This document shows positions 1-12,596 of a DNA stretch of 64,000 bases, piece by piece. Source of the stretch: Escherichia phage vB_EcoM_PhAPEC2. The notes below the pieces were generated by a model that worked only from the letters and a program-made list of their open reading frames with translations, had not been told where the DNA came from and made no database searches. Both the position numbers and the translations under genes were made by a program. The stretch is from sequence record NC_024794.1. One strand, 5' to 3'. Each line of letters begins with the position of its first letter. The first letter of the stretch is position 1.

Positions 1-1
1 T

Positions 2-205
<204 letters not shown>

Positions 206-206
206 T

Positions 207-971
207 ATGGCAACTTATGATAAAAATCTTTTCGCCAAACTAGAAAATCGCGGTGGGTATTCTCAGACAAATGAGACCGAAATCCTCAATCCATTTGTCA
301 ATTTTAATAACTATGAGAATAGTCAGACATTAGCCGATGTTCTAGTGGCAGAAAGCATACAAATGCGCGGTATTGAGTGTTTTTATGTTCCACGTGAATA
401 TGTTGCCGTGGACCTTATCTTTGGTGAAGACCTTAAAAATAAATTTACTAAAGCATGGAAATTTGCTGCATATCTGAACTCTTTTGAAGGTTATGAAGGA
501 GCGAAATCGTTCTTCAGCAACTTCGGAATGCAAGTTCAAGACGAAGTTACATTATCTATTAACCCGGGTCTTTTCAAACACCAGGTCAACAATCAGGAGC
601 CTAAGGAAGGTGATTTAATATACTTCCCAATGGACAACAGTTTGTTTGAGATTAACTGGGTTGAACCATATGACCCATTCTATCAAGTAGGTAAAAATGC
701 GATTCGTAAAATTACTGCAGGCAAGTTTATTTACTCTGGCGAAGAAATCAATCCGGTGCTTCAGAAAAATGAAGGTATCAATATACCTGAATTTAGTGAC
801 TTGGAACTTAACCCTGTTAGAAATCTTGACGGTATCCATGACATTAATATCGATGAATATTCTGAAGTTGAGCAAATCAATTCAGAGGCAAGTGAATACG
901 TTGAACCGTACGTAGTAGTTAACAACCGTGGTAGACAAAATTCACCATTTGACGATGGGTTTATGAATTAA
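207..971 (+). CDS. 14: neck protein gp14
   Basis: 254 aa ORF; position and length match T4 gp14. Confidence 0.85.
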   Translation: MATYDKNLFAKLENRGGYSQTNETEILNPFVNFNNYENSQTLADVLVAESIQMRGIECFYVPREYVAVDLIFGEDLKNKFTKAWKFAAYLNSFEGYEGAKSFFSNFGMQVQDEVTLSINPGLFKHQVNNQEPKEGDLIYFPMDNSLFEINWVEPYDPFYQVGKNAIRKITAGKFIYSGEEINPVLQKNEGINIPEFSDLELNPVRNLDGIHDINIDEYSEVEQINSEASEYVEPYVVVNNRGRQNSPFDDGFMN

Positions 972-994
972 TAAATAAATAAGATAAAGCAAAC

Positions 995-1012
995 ACCGGT
1001 CGAAAGGCCGGT
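995..1012 (+). other. GAAA-tetraloop hairpin between genes 14 and 15
   Basis: accggtc-gaaa-ggccggt, 7 bp stem with one G-U pair, immediately 5' of the gene 15 SD aggag. Confidence 0.4.
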
Positions 1013-1023
1013 TAGGAGAAATG

Positions 1024-1845
1024 ATGTTTGGCTATTTTTACAACTCGTCGTTCAGGCGATATATCACAATGATGGGCGATTTGTTTTCAAATATCCAAGT
1101 TAACCGTCAATTGTCTACAGGCAATAAATTAATTAGAGTTCCTATTACGTATGCATCTAAAGAGCACTTTATGATGAAACTTAATAAATGGACCTCTATA
1201 AACTCACAAGAAGATGTGGCTAAAGTCGAAACTATTCTACCACGTATAAATCTCCAAATGGTAGATTTCGTTTATAACCCAACGTTTAAAACGAATATAT
1301 TGAATAACTCTCTTTTGAGTAAATCGACTAAGGATATTGTAGACCAATACAACCCATCACCAATTAAAATGATTTTTGAACTGAGCATCTTTACTCGTTA
1401 TGAAGATGATATGTTCCAAATCGTCGAGCAAATTATTCCATATTTTCAGCCGCATTTTAATACGACTATGATTGAGCAATATGGGCAGGATATTCCATTT
1501 GAAAGGGATATTAAAGTCGTATGGATGGCAGCAGCAATGGATGAACAAATAGACGGTGATAATTTATCTCGTCGACGTTTAGAGTGGTCATTAACATTTG
1601 AAGTAAATGGATGGATGTATCCTCCGGTAGGCGCAGCTGAAGGCCTTATTAAAACGACTTATCTTGATTTTCATGCTAATGAACGAGACCTTCAAACAGC
1701 CGCCAGTGTTTTTGAATCAGTTGATACAGAAATTAAACCGAGAGACGTTGAAGCACAAGATTGGAATGGCGAAGTTGAACAAACTTATACTCATGATATT
1801 CCAATCCCGACTCCACCAACCCCTCCTGGTCCTAGAAAACAATAA
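1024..1845 (+). CDS. 15: tail sheath stabiliser / tail completion protein gp15
   Basis: N-terminus MFGYFYNSSFRRY matches remembered T4 gp15; second ATG (1024) has better SD spacing than track start 1021. Confidence 0.85.
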   Translation: MFGYFYNSSFRRYITMMGDLFSNIQVNRQLSTGNKLIRVPITYASKEHFMMKLNKWTSINSQEDVAKVETILPRINLQMVDFVYNPTFKTNILNNSLLSKSTKDIVDQYNPSPIKMIFELSIFTRYEDDMFQIVEQIIPYFQPHFNTTMIEQYGQDIPFERDIKVVWMAAAMDEQIDGDNLSRRRLEWSLTFEVNGWMYPPVGAAEGLIKTTYLDFHANERDLQTAASVFESVDTEIKPRDVEAQDWNGEVEQTYTHDIPIPTPPTPPGPRKQ

Positions 1846-1854
1846 GAGGTAAAT

Positions 1855-4171
<2,317 letters not shown>

Positions 4172-4198
4172 AAATAAAGCAAATTAAGAGGAATTAAA

Positions 4199-6181
4199 AT
4201 GGCACTTCTCTCTCCGGGCGTTGAGCTCAAAGAAACTACCGTACAGAGTACTGTAGTTAATAACTCCACTGGTACTGCTGCCCTGGCTGGAAAATTCCAA
4301 TGGGGACCGGCATTCCAGATTAAACAAATCACTGATGAAGTTGCATTAGTTGATATGTTTGGTACTCCTAATACGGATACAGCAGATTATTTCATGTCTG
4401 CTATGAACTTCCTTCAATATGGTAACGACCTTCGTGTTGTACGCGCAGTCGATCGTGATACTGCTAAGAACTCATCTCCTGTAGCAGGTAATATTGAATT
4501 CACAATCTCTGCCACTGGTAGTAACTATGCGGTTGGTGATAAAATTATCGTTAAGTATTTGACCGAAACTGTTGAAGCAGATGGTTATGTCACTTCAGTT
4601 GATGTCGATGGTAAAATTCTTAACATTTATATCCCAACTGGTAAAATTATTGCTAAAGCGAAAGAAATCGGCGAATATCCTGAATTAGGTTCTAACTGGA
4701 CCGCCGAAGTTGCCAGTTCTTCTTCTGGACTCTCTGGCGTTATTACAATTGGTTCTATCGTAACCGATTCTGGTATTCTGTTAACTGAAGTTGAAACTTC
4801 TGAAGAAGCTATTACTTCTCTAACTTTCCAAGAATCTATTAAAAAATATGGCGTCCCGGGCGTAGTTGCTCTTTATCCTGGTGAACTTGGCGACCAGCTC
4901 GAAATTGAAATCGTATCTAAAGCAGAATATGACAAAGGTGCTTCGGCCCAGTTAAAAATTTATCCTGACGGTGGCACTCGTGCATCTACTGCTAAAGCAA
5001 TCTTTGGGTACGGCCCACAGACTGATGACCAATATGCAATTATCGTTCGTCGCAACGACGCGGTAGTCCAGAGCGTAGTTCTTTCTACTAAACGTGGTGA
5101 ACGCGATATTTATGGTAGCAATATCTTCATTGATGATTTCTTTGCTAAAGGCGCAAGCAATTATATTTTCGCTACGGCACAAGGTTGGCCAAAAGGTTTC
5201 TCTGGTGTAATCAAACTGAATGGTGGCTTATCATCTAATGAAACGGTTGAAGCCGGTGATTTAATGGAAGCTTGGGATTTGTTTGCTGACCGTGAATCGG
5301 TTAATGCACAGTTGTTTATTGCTGGTTCTTGTGCTGGTGAATCTTTAGAAGTTGCTTCTACAGTTCAGAAACATGTTGTAGCAATTGGTGATTCTCGTCA
5401 AGATTGCTTGGTTCTTTGCTCACCGCCACGTGCAACTATAGTCGGTATTCCTGTTAATCGTGCAGTTGATAATCTGGTTGATTGGCGTACAGCGTCAGGA
5501 ACTTACACTGATAATAACTTTAATATAAGTTCTACTTATGCTGCTATTGATGGTAACTATAAATATCAATATGACAAATATAACGATGTGAATCGTTGGG
5601 TTCCATTAGCTGCTGATATCGCCGGTCTTTGTGCTCGAACAGACAATATTTCTCAGCCTTGGATGTCTCCAGCCGGTTATAACCGTGGACAAATTCTTAA
5701 CGTTATTAAGCTTGCAATTGAAACTCGTCAAGCACAAAGAGATCGTTTGTACCAGGAAGCTATTAACCCTGTTACTGGTACCGGTGGTGATGGATATGTT
5801 CTGTATGGTGATAAAACTGCCACTTCTGTTCCTTCGCCATTTGACCGTATTAACGTACGTCGTTTGTTTAACATGGTTAAAACGAACATTGGTTCGGCAT
5901 CCAAATACCGCCTATTTGAATTGAACAACGCGTTTACCCGTTCTTCTTTCCGTACAGAGACTTCTCAATATCTACAGGGTATTAAAGCTCTTGGTGGTGT
6001 ATATAACTTTAAAGTTGTTTGTGATACTACCAATAACACCCCAGCAGTTATCGACCGTAATGAATTTGTAGCTACTTTCTACTTACAACCTGCCCGCTCG
6101 ATAAATTATATTACGTTGAACTTTGTAGCAACAGCAACTGGCGCTGATTTCGACGAACTGATTGGTGCTGTAGGTGGCTAA
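4199..6181 (+). CDS. 18: tail sheath protein gp18
   Basis: 660 aa; position/length match T4 gp18. Confidence 0.9.
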   Translation: MALLSPGVELKETTVQSTVVNNSTGTAALAGKFQWGPAFQIKQITDEVALVDMFGTPNTDTADYFMSAMNFLQYGNDLRVVRAVDRDTAKNSSPVAGNIEFTISATGSNYAVGDKIIVKYLTETVEADGYVTSVDVDGKILNIYIPTGKIIAKAKEIGEYPELGSNWTAEVASSSSGLSGVITIGSIVTDSGILLTEVETSEEAITSLTFQESIKKYGVPGVVALYPGELGDQLEIEIVSKAEYDKGASAQLKIYPDGGTRASTAKAIFGYGPQTDDQYAIIVRRNDAVVQSVVLSTKRGERDIYGSNIFIDDFFAKGASNYIFATAQGWPKGFSGVIKLNGGLSSNETVEAGDLMEAWDLFADRESVNAQLFIAGSCAGESLEVASTVQKHVVAIGDSRQDCLVLCSPPRATIVGIPVNRAVDNLVDWRTASGTYTDNNFNISSTYAAIDGNYKYQYDKYNDVNRWVPLAADIAGLCARTDNISQPWMSPAGYNRGQILNVIKLAIETRQAQRDRLYQEAINPVTGTGGDGYVLYGDKTATSVPSPFDRINVRRLFNMVKTNIGSASKYRLFELNNAFTRSSFRTETSQYLQGIKALGGVYNFKVVCDTTNNTPAVIDRNEFVATFYLQPARSINYITLNFVATATGADFDELIGAVGG

Positions 6182-6192
6182 TAAGACGCCTG

Positions 6193-6276
6193 ATGGGCTA
6201 TTTCGGTAGCCCATATAAATATACTATATCGTTTAAAAATTAATTCTATGGGCATCCGGTTAATCCTAAGCCCATA
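6193..6276 (+). promoter_or_regulatory. gene 18-19 intergenic region: two ATGGGC/GCCCAT hairpins flanking a late promoter TATAAATA (6214-6221)
   Basis: Hairpin 6193-6214 (8 bp stem, loop tttcgg), TATAAATA 6214-6221, second hairpin 6247-6276 (7 bp stem); ATG 6294. Confidence 0.5.
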
Positions 6277-6293
6277 TTACTACAGAGGCTAAT

Positions 6294-6785
6294 ATGTTTG
6301 TAGATGACGTAACTCGTGCCTTCGAATCTGGTGATTTCGCTCGCCCTAACCTGTTCGAAGTAGAAATCTCTTATCTTGGGCAAAACTTTAGCTTCCAGTG
6401 TCGTGCTACGGCTCTTCCTGCTGCGATCGTTGAAAAGGTTCCTGTTTCTTATATGAACCGTAAAATTAACGTGGCCGGTGATCGTACATTCGATGATTGG
6501 ACTATTACAGTAATGAACGATGATGCTCATAGCATTCGTCAGAAATTTGTTGATTGGCAAGGTATTGCAGCAGGACAAGGTAATGAAATTACCGGTGGTA
6601 AACCTGCTGAATATAAAAAGTCTGCTATCGTTCGTCAATTTGCTCGTGATGCTAAAACAGTCACTAAAGAAGTTGAAATTGTCGGCTTGTGGCCTACTAA
6701 CGTTGGCGAAGTATCTCTTGACTGGGACAGCAATAACGAGATTGAAACGTTCGAAGTAACTCTTGCTCTTGATTGGTGGGAATAA
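6294..6785 (+). CDS. 19: tail tube protein gp19
   Basis: 163 aa; position/length match T4 gp19. Confidence 0.9.
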   Translation: MFVDDVTRAFESGDFARPNLFEVEISYLGQNFSFQCRATALPAAIVEKVPVSYMNRKINVAGDRTFDDWTITVMNDDAHSIRQKFVDWQGIAAGQGNEITGGKPAEYKKSAIVRQFARDAKTVTKEVEIVGLWPTNVGEVSLDWDSNNEIETFEVTLALDWWE

Positions 6786-6792
6786 TCTTGTT

Positions 6793-6806
6793 GGGGAGAA
6801 ATCCCC
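6793..6806 (+). other. GNRA-tetraloop hairpin after gene 19 (no U-tract)
   Basis: gggga-gaaa-tcccc, 8 nt after stop. Confidence 0.4.
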
Positions 6807-6833
6807 AGCTTCCCGTGATGACGGAGAAGTCCA

Positions 6834-6841
6834 TATAAATA
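6834..6841 (+). promoter_or_regulatory. T4-type late promoter for gene 20
   Basis: Exact TATAAATA ~28 nt upstream of ATG 6870. Confidence 0.6.
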
Positions 6842-6869
6842 TAACTATAATTCCCATTCGGAGAATACA

Positions 6870-8441
6870 ATGAAATTTAATATCTTAAGTTTGTTTGCTC
6901 CATGGGCAAAAATGGACGAACGTGATTACAAAGACCAAGAAAAAGAAAATTTAGAATCGATCACCTCACCAAAATTAGATGACGGCGCTAAAGAATACGA
7001 AGTATCTGAAAATGAAGCACAGCAAACATATAATGCTATGTTTCAGAGAATGTTCGGTAGTCAAGAACCAGGGCTCAAATCAACCCGTGAATTAATCGAT
7101 ACGTATCGAAATTTGATGACGAACTATGAAGTGGATAATGCAGTCTCTGAAATAGTTTCCGATGCTATTGTATATGAAGATGATACAGAAGTCGTTTCTA
7201 TAAATTTAGACAACACAAAATTTAGTCCAAATATAAAATCAATGGTGTTGGATGAATTTAACGAAGTGTTGAATCATTTATCTTTCCAACGTAAAGGTTC
7301 AGACCATTTTAGGCGTTGGTATGTAGATTCTCGAATTTTCTTCCATAAAATTATTGACCCTAAACGCCCTAAAGAAGGTATTAAAGAGCTTCGTCGTTTA
7401 GACCCACGTCAAGTTCAATATGTCCGTGAAGTTATTACAACCACTGAAGCCGGTGTTAAAATAGTCAAGGGTTATAAAGAATATTTCATTTATGACACAT
7501 CACACGAATCTTATGCTTGTGATGGACGCATATATGAAGCTGGCACAAAAATAAAAATCCCTAAAGCCGCGATTGTTTATGCCCATTCTGGTTTAGTCGA
7601 TTGTTGTGGTAAAAATATCATTGGTTATTTGCATCGGGCTATTAAGCCGGCGAACCAATTAAAACTTCTTGAAGACGCCGTCGTAATTTATCGTATTACT
7701 CGTGCTCCCGATCGTCGTGTATGGTACGTTGATACAGGTAATATGCCTTCAAGAAAAGCAGCAGAACATATGCAACATGTTATGAATACGATGAAAAACC
7801 GTATTGCATATGATGCTACTACAGGCAAGATTAAAAACCAGCAGCATATTATGTCGATGACCGAAGATTATTGGTTACAACGACGTGATGGTAAAGCAGT
7901 AACAGAAGTTGATACATTACCAGGTGCAGATAATACTGGAAATATGGAAGATGTACGTTGGTTCCGTAATGCGCTTTATATGGCTTTACGTATTCCTATT
8001 ACCCGTATTCCAAGTGACCAAGGTGGTATACAGTTTGATGCTGGTACTTCTATTACACGAGATGAATTGACATTTGGCAAATTTATTCGTGAGCTGCAAC
8101 ATAAATTTGAAGAGATATTCCTAGACCCGCTTAAAACCAATTTAATTCTTAAAGGAATTATTACAGAAGATGAGTGGAATGATGAAATAAATAATATTAA
8201 GATAAAATTTCATCGGGATAGTTATTTCTCGGAATTAAAGGATGCTGAGATTCTGGAGCGTCGCATTAATATGCTTCAGATGGCCGAACCATTTATTGGT
8301 AAATATATTTCTCACAGAACAGCTATGAAAGATATTCTTCAGATGTCTGACGAGGAAATTGAACAAGAGGCTAAGCAAATTGAAGAAGAGTCGAAAGAGG
8401 CTCGTTTCCAAGACCCCGACCAAGAACAAGAGGATTTTTAA
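6870..8441 (+). CDS. 20: portal vertex protein gp20
   Basis: 523 aa; position/length match T4 gp20. Confidence 0.9.
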   Translation: MKFNILSLFAPWAKMDERDYKDQEKENLESITSPKLDDGAKEYEVSENEAQQTYNAMFQRMFGSQEPGLKSTRELIDTYRNLMTNYEVDNAVSEIVSDAIVYEDDTEVVSINLDNTKFSPNIKSMVLDEFNEVLNHLSFQRKGSDHFRRWYVDSRIFFHKIIDPKRPKEGIKELRRLDPRQVQYVREVITTTEAGVKIVKGYKEYFIYDTSHESYACDGRIYEAGTKIKIPKAAIVYAHSGLVDCCGKNIIGYLHRAIKPANQLKLLEDAVVIYRITRAPDRRVWYVDTGNMPSRKAAEHMQHVMNTMKNRIAYDATTGKIKNQQHIMSMTEDYWLQRRDGKAVTEVDTLPGADNTGNMEDVRWFRNALYMALRIPITRIPSDQGGIQFDAGTSITRDELTFGKFIRELQHKFEEIFLDPLKTNLILKGIITEDEWNDEINNIKIKFHRDSYFSELKDAEILERRINMLQMAEPFIGKYISHRTAMKDILQMSDEEIEQEAKQIEEESKEARFQDPDQEQEDF

Positions 8442-8674
8442 TGGACGATTTAATTCAAGCTATTAAATCAAACGACCTCGTTGCTACTCGAAAGTTTTTT
8501 GAAAGTGCAATGGCAGAAAAAACGGTTCGTTTGATTGAAGCACGCAAAGCAGAAATCGCTTCTCAATTTTTGATTGAAGGCGAAGAACCTGAAGAAGAAG
8601 AAAAGAACGCTTCGGAAGACGACGCTGATGAAGGCGATGACGACGAAGACGAAGATGATGAGGACGATGAATAA
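8441..8674 (+). CDS. 67: prohead core protein gp67
   Basis: 77 aa with poly-acidic C-terminal tail; T4 order 20-67-68-21. Confidence 0.8.
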   Translation: MDDLIQAIKSNDLVATRKFFESAMAEKTVRLIEARKAEIASQFLIEGEEPEEEEKNASEDDADEGDDDEDEDDEDDE

Positions 8675-9099
8675 TGTATCTTATCCCTGAATCTTATGAA
8701 TTGGTACTCGAAAATGTCGAAGCACTTATTCCTGAAGCACAGGGCCGAATCGATGCATTGTCTTCTGCTCTCGATATTGACGATATAAATACTATTATCG
8801 AGAACATGCTTGAAACTGAAACGGATTTAGCTGTTGCAATGGCTTCCATTATTAATGAAGAACAGTTAAATGAGTTTATCGTTAAACATGTTTCTTCTCG
8901 TGGTGAAGTCACTCGCACTAAAGACCGTAAAACTCGTGAACGTAACGCGTTCCAAACAACTGGTCTTTCTAAAGCAAAACGTAGACAAATCGCTCGTAAG
9001 GTCGTTAAAGCTAAAAAAGCTAACCCTTCAGGCCAAGTTAAAGGCTTGCGTAAGCGTAAAAAAGCTCTTAAACGTCGTAAAGCATTAGGATTAAGCTAA
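8674..9099 (+). CDS. 68: prohead core protein gp68
   Basis: 141 aa, basic C-terminus; position/length as T4 gp68. Confidence 0.8.
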   Translation: MYLIPESYELVLENVEALIPEAQGRIDALSSALDIDDINTIIENMLETETDLAVAMASIINEEQLNEFIVKHVSSRGEVTRTKDRKTRERNAFQTTGLSKAKRRQIARKVVKAKKANPSGQVKGLRKRKKALKRRKALGLS

Positions 9100-9740
9100 T
9101 GAATAAACCCGAGTTACTTATTGAAACTTGGGGTCAACCCGGTGAGATTATTGATGGCGTTCCAATGTTGGAATCTCATGATGGAAAAGATTCTGGCTTA
9201 AAACCAGGGCTTTATATAGAAGGTATTTTTCTTCAGGCAGAGGTTGTTAACCGAAATAAACGTTTATATCCTAAACGCGTTTTAGAAAAAGCGGTAAGTG
9301 ACTATATTAAAGAACAAGTCGCAACCAAACAAGCCCTTGGAGAATTAAACCATCCACCTCGTGCAAATGTTGACCCCATGCAAGCCGCTATCATTATTGA
9401 AGATATGTGGTGGAAAGGAAACGATGTATATGGACGTGCTAGAATTATTGAAGGCGACCATGGTCCCGGCGATAAATTAGCCGCTAATATACGAGCTGGT
9501 TGGATTCCAGGTGTTTCCTCTCGTGGTCTTGGTTCTTTAACCGACACCAATAAAGGGTACCGTATCGTGAACGAAGGATTTAAATTAACCGTCGGCGTAG
9601 ATGCCGTATGGGGACCTTCTGCTCCAGATGCTTGGGTTACTCCTAAACAAATATCAGAATCAGAAAATTCGGTGGAAATCACCAAAAACAGTGCTGACGA
9701 AGCATTTAAAGCTCTCGCAGAGAGTTTAAAAGCATTATAA
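9099..9740 (+). CDS. 21: prohead core protease gp21
   Basis: 213 aa; position/length match T4 gp21. Confidence 0.9.
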   Translation: MNKPELLIETWGQPGEIIDGVPMLESHDGKDSGLKPGLYIEGIFLQAEVVNRNKRLYPKRVLEKAVSDYIKEQVATKQALGELNHPPRANVDPMQAAIIIEDMWWKGNDVYGRARIIEGDHGPGDKLAANIRAGWIPGVSSRGLGSLTDTNKGYRIVNEGFKLTVGVDAVWGPSAPDAWVTPKQISESENSVEITKNSADEAFKALAESLKAL

Positions 9741-9743
9741 ATA
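9736..9743 (+). promoter_or_regulatory. T4-type late promoter for gene 22
   Basis: Exact TATAAATA overlapping gene 21 stop, ~31 nt upstream of ATG 9775. Confidence 0.6.
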
Positions 9744-9774
9744 ATAATGTAATCTTAAACCACAGGACACTAAA

Positions 9775-10587
9775 ATGATCAAAGAACAACTTTTGAAAGA
9801 AGCTCAGAACATCGAGACTTCAGTTGCTCTTAATAGTGTTTTCGAATCAGTAGAACTGTCTCCGGACGTTAAAGCTAATTTCAGCACTGTATTCGAAGCC
9901 ACCGTTAAGCAGGAAGCAGTCAAACTGGCTGAATCTCATATCAAAGCCATCGCCGAAAAGGCCGAAGAAGAAGTTGAAAAGGCTAAAGAAGATGCTGAAG
10001 AGAAAGCTGATAAAAAATTGACTGAACAAGCTTCTAAATTCCTAGACCATCTTGCAAAAGAATGGCTCGCAGAAAACCAAATCGCAGTTGATAAAGGCAT
10101 TAAAGCTGATTTGTTCGAATCCATGCTTGGTGGTCTGAAAGAACTGTTTGTTGAACATAACGTTGTTGTTCCAGAAGAATCTGTAGATGTTGTAGCAGAA
10201 ATGGAAGAAGAGCTGGCCGAACATAAAGAAGAAACCGCTCGTTTGTTCGAAGAAGTTACCAAACGTGATGCATATATCAATTACGTTCAGCGTGAAACCG
10301 CTATTAATGAAAGCGTAAAAGACCTGACTGAATCTCAGAAAGAAAAAGTTATTGGCCTGGTTGAAGGTATGGATTATTCTGACGCATTTGGTACTAAGTT
10401 AACTGCTATTGTAGAAATGGTTAAAGGTTCTACTAAAGAAGAAGCCGCTATTACCGAAAATATAAATACAGTTGACAATGACGCTGCCGGTCTTAATTTT
10501 GTTGCCGAAGCAGTTGACACTACCACAACTCAGGTAGAACAGAATTCTAATGTAAGTTTATATGCGAAAGTCGCATCTCGTTTCTAA
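9775..10587 (+). CDS. 22: prohead core scaffold protein gp22
   Basis: 270 aa, Glu/Lys/Ala-rich helical scaffold; position as T4 gp22. Confidence 0.9.
   Translation: MIKEQLLKEAQNIETSVALNSVFESVELSPDVKANFSTVFEATVKQEAVKLAESHIKAIAEKAEEEVEKAKEDAEEKADKKLTEQASKFLDHLAKEWLAENQIAVDKGIKADLFESMLGGLKELFVEHNVVVPEESVDVVAEMEEELAEHKEETARLFEEVTKRDAYINYVQRETAINESVKDLTESQKEKVIGLVEGMDYSDAFGTKLTAIVEMVKGSTKEEAAITENINTVDNDAAGLNFVAEAVDTTTTQVEQNSNVSLYAKVASRF
10461..10468 (+). promoter_or_regulatory. late promoter inside 3' end of gene 22, likely serving gene 23
   Basis: Exact TATAAATA ~135 nt upstream of gene 23 ATG; T4 gene 23 late promoter is known to lie within gene 22. Confidence 0.45.
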
Positions 10588-10604
10588 TTTAAAGGTTAAC
10601 ACAA

Positions 10605-12173
10605 ATGACTACTATCAAAACTAAAGCTCAGCTCGTAGACAAATGGAAAGAACTGCTGGAAGGTGAAGGCCTGCCGGAAATCGCTAATAGCAAGCAGGCT
10701 ATTATCGCTAAAATCTTCGAAAACCAGGAAAAAGATTTCGAAGTATCCCCTGAATATAAAGACGAGAAAATCGCTCAGGCATTTGGTTCTTTCTTGACCG
10801 AAGCTGAAATTGGTGGTGACCACGGTTATAACGCTCAGAACATCGCAGCAGGTCAAACCTCTGGTGCAGTAACCCAAATTGGGCCGGCAGTTATGGGTAT
10901 GGTTCGTCGTGCTATTCCTAATCTGATCGCTTTTGATATTTGTGGTGTTCAGCCTATGAACAGCCCTACCGGTCAGGTATTTGCTCTCCGTGCAGTATAT
11001 GGTAAAGACCCTATCGCTGCTGGCGCTAAAGAAGCTTTCCATCCGATGTATGCCCCAGACGCGATGTTCTCTGGACAGGGTGCTGCTAAGAAATTCCCAG
11101 CTCTGGCTGCCGACACTACTACTGTTGTAGGTGATATCTATACTCACTTCTTCCAAGAAACTGGTACTGTATATCTGCAAGCTTCTGCTGTCGTAACACT
11201 TGATTCTAGTGCGACTGATGCAGCTAAATTAGATGCCGAAGTTAAGAAACAAATGGAAGCTGGTGCACTGGTAGAAATCGCTGAAGGTATGGCTACTTCT
11301 ATCGCTGAACTCCAGGAAGGTTTCAATGGTTCTACCGATAATCCATGGAATGAAATGGGCTTCCGTATCGATAAACAAGTTATCGAAGCTAAATCTCGCC
11401 AGCTGAAAGCTGCTTACTCTATCGAATTAGCACAAGACCTCCGTGCAGTACACGGTATGGATGCTGATGCTGAACTGAGCGGTATTCTGGCTACAGAAAT
11501 TATGCTAGAAATCAACCGTGAAGTTGTTGATTGGATTAACTACTCGGCACAGGTTGGTAAATCTGGTATGACCCTGACTCCGGGTTCTAAAGCTGGCGTA
11601 TTTGACTTCCAGGACCCGATTGATATCCGTGGTGCTCGTTGGGCCGGTGAAAGCTTTAAATCTCTATTGTTCCAGATTGATAAAGAAGCAGTTGAAATTG
11701 CTCGTCAAACCGGTCGTGGTGAAGGTAACTTCATTATCGCTTCCCGTAACGTAGTTAACGTACTGGCTTCAGTTGATACTGGTATTTCTTACGCTGCACA
11801 GGGTCTGGCTTCTGGTTTTAATACCGACACTACTAAGTCTGTATTTGCAGGTGTACTTGGTGGTAAATACCGCGTATACATCGACCAGTATGCTAAACAG
11901 GATTACTTCACCGTTGGTTACAAAGGCGCTAACGAAATGGATGCAGGTATTTACTATGCTCCTTACGTTGCACTTACCCCACTGCGTGGTTCCGATCCTA
12001 AGAACTTCCAGCCGGTAATGGGCTTTAAAACTCGTTACGGTATCGGTGTTAACCCGTTTGCTGAAAGTTCCCTGCAGGCTCCAGGTGCTCGCATCCAGTC
12101 CGGTATGCCGTCTATCCTGAACAGCCTTGGTAAGAACGCTTACTTCCGCCGTGTATATGTAAAAGGCATCTAA
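10605..12173 (+). CDS. 23: major capsid protein gp23
   Basis: 522 aa; N-terminus MTTIKTKAQLVDKWKELLEGEGLPEIANSKQAIIAKIFENQEKDFEVSPEYKDEKIAQAFGSFLTEAEIGGDHGYNA matches remembered T4 gp23. Confidence 0.97.
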   Translation: MTTIKTKAQLVDKWKELLEGEGLPEIANSKQAIIAKIFENQEKDFEVSPEYKDEKIAQAFGSFLTEAEIGGDHGYNAQNIAAGQTSGAVTQIGPAVMGMVRRAIPNLIAFDICGVQPMNSPTGQVFALRAVYGKDPIAAGAKEAFHPMYAPDAMFSGQGAAKKFPALAADTTTVVGDIYTHFFQETGTVYLQASAVVTLDSSATDAAKLDAEVKKQMEAGALVEIAEGMATSIAELQEGFNGSTDNPWNEMGFRIDKQVIEAKSRQLKAAYSIELAQDLRAVHGMDADAELSGILATEIMLEINREVVDWINYSAQVGKSGMTLTPGSKAGVFDFQDPIDIRGARWAGESFKSLLFQIDKEAVEIARQTGRGEGNFIIASRNVVNVLASVDTGISYAAQGLASGFNTDTTKSVFAGVLGGKYRVYIDQYAKQDYFTVGYKGANEMDAGIYYAPYVALTPLRGSDPKNFQPVMGFKTRYGIGVNPFAESSLQAPGARIQSGMPSILNSLGKNAYFRRVYVKGI

Positions 12174-12197
12174 TCTTAATTGATTAAATCTTATTTT

Positions 12198-12227
12198 GGG
12201 AGACTTCGGTCTCCCATTTTTGGTTTT
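12198..12227 (+). terminator. intrinsic terminator after gene 23
   Basis: gggagac-ttcg-gtctccc followed by atttttggtttt. Confidence 0.75.
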
Positions 12228-12495
12228 ATTTCTGTGCAATTTCGATGTAAGTTTTCAAAATATTTTGCCAATTAGGCATACCTTCTTGGACATATGCTGG
12301 AGAACCGTCTTTGTTTTTGAATGATGCAAGTTTATCAGTGGCCCAATAACCTTTAGCTCGAGCTTCAGAATCAACTTTCATCCATACTTTGTTGAAGGCA
12401 TTACCATTAACTTTTGCACCATATTTTTCTACTAACTTAACTGCTTCAGCTTCCAGAACTTTTAAAGTATCTCGTAAGAAACGTGCTTTAGTCAT
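12226..12495 (-). CDS. hypothetical protein (89 aa), early gene on opposite strand between genes 23 and 24
   Basis: ORF with SD GGAG; early-type promoter 12526-12555 directly upstream; no recognisable motif. Confidence 0.65.
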   Translation of the reverse strand: MTKARFLRDTLKVLEAEAVKLVEKYGAKVNGNAFNKVWMKVDSEARAKGYWATDKLASFKNKDGSPAYVQEGMPNWQNILKTYIEIAQK

Positions 12496-12525
12496 TTTGT
12501 TTACTCCTCTGTAGTTGATAAGTCT

Positions 12526-12555
12526 ATAGTATCACATACCAAATACGTTGTAAAC
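12526..12555 (-). promoter_or_regulatory. T4 early-type promoter (GTTTACA-N17-TACTAT) for ORF 12226-12495
   Basis: Minus strand reads GTTTACAACGTATTTGGTATGTGATACTAT; same motif recurs at 6 other minus-strand gene starts. Confidence 0.6.
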
Positions 12556-12561
12556 AATCTT

Positions 12562-12569
12562 TATAAATA
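12562..12569 (+). promoter_or_regulatory. T4-type late promoter for gene 24
   Basis: Exact TATAAATA ~27 nt upstream of ATG 12597; divergent from the early promoter 7 nt away. Confidence 0.6.
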
Positions 12570-12596
12570 ATCTATATCACATAAGGAAAAAATGCA

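Noticed and set aside
342-915. Track ORFs 342-539(-), 615-875(-), 697-915(+) inside gene 14
   Set aside because: Lie antisense or out of frame within a well-supported structural gene; low-complexity products; no SD or promoter.
9847-11326. Track ORFs 9847-10029(-), 9936-10280(-), 10042-10224(-), 10596-11180(-), 11144-11326(-) within genes 22 and 23
   Set aside because: Antisense to genes whose products match T4 proteins almost residue for residue; typical spurious antisense frames.
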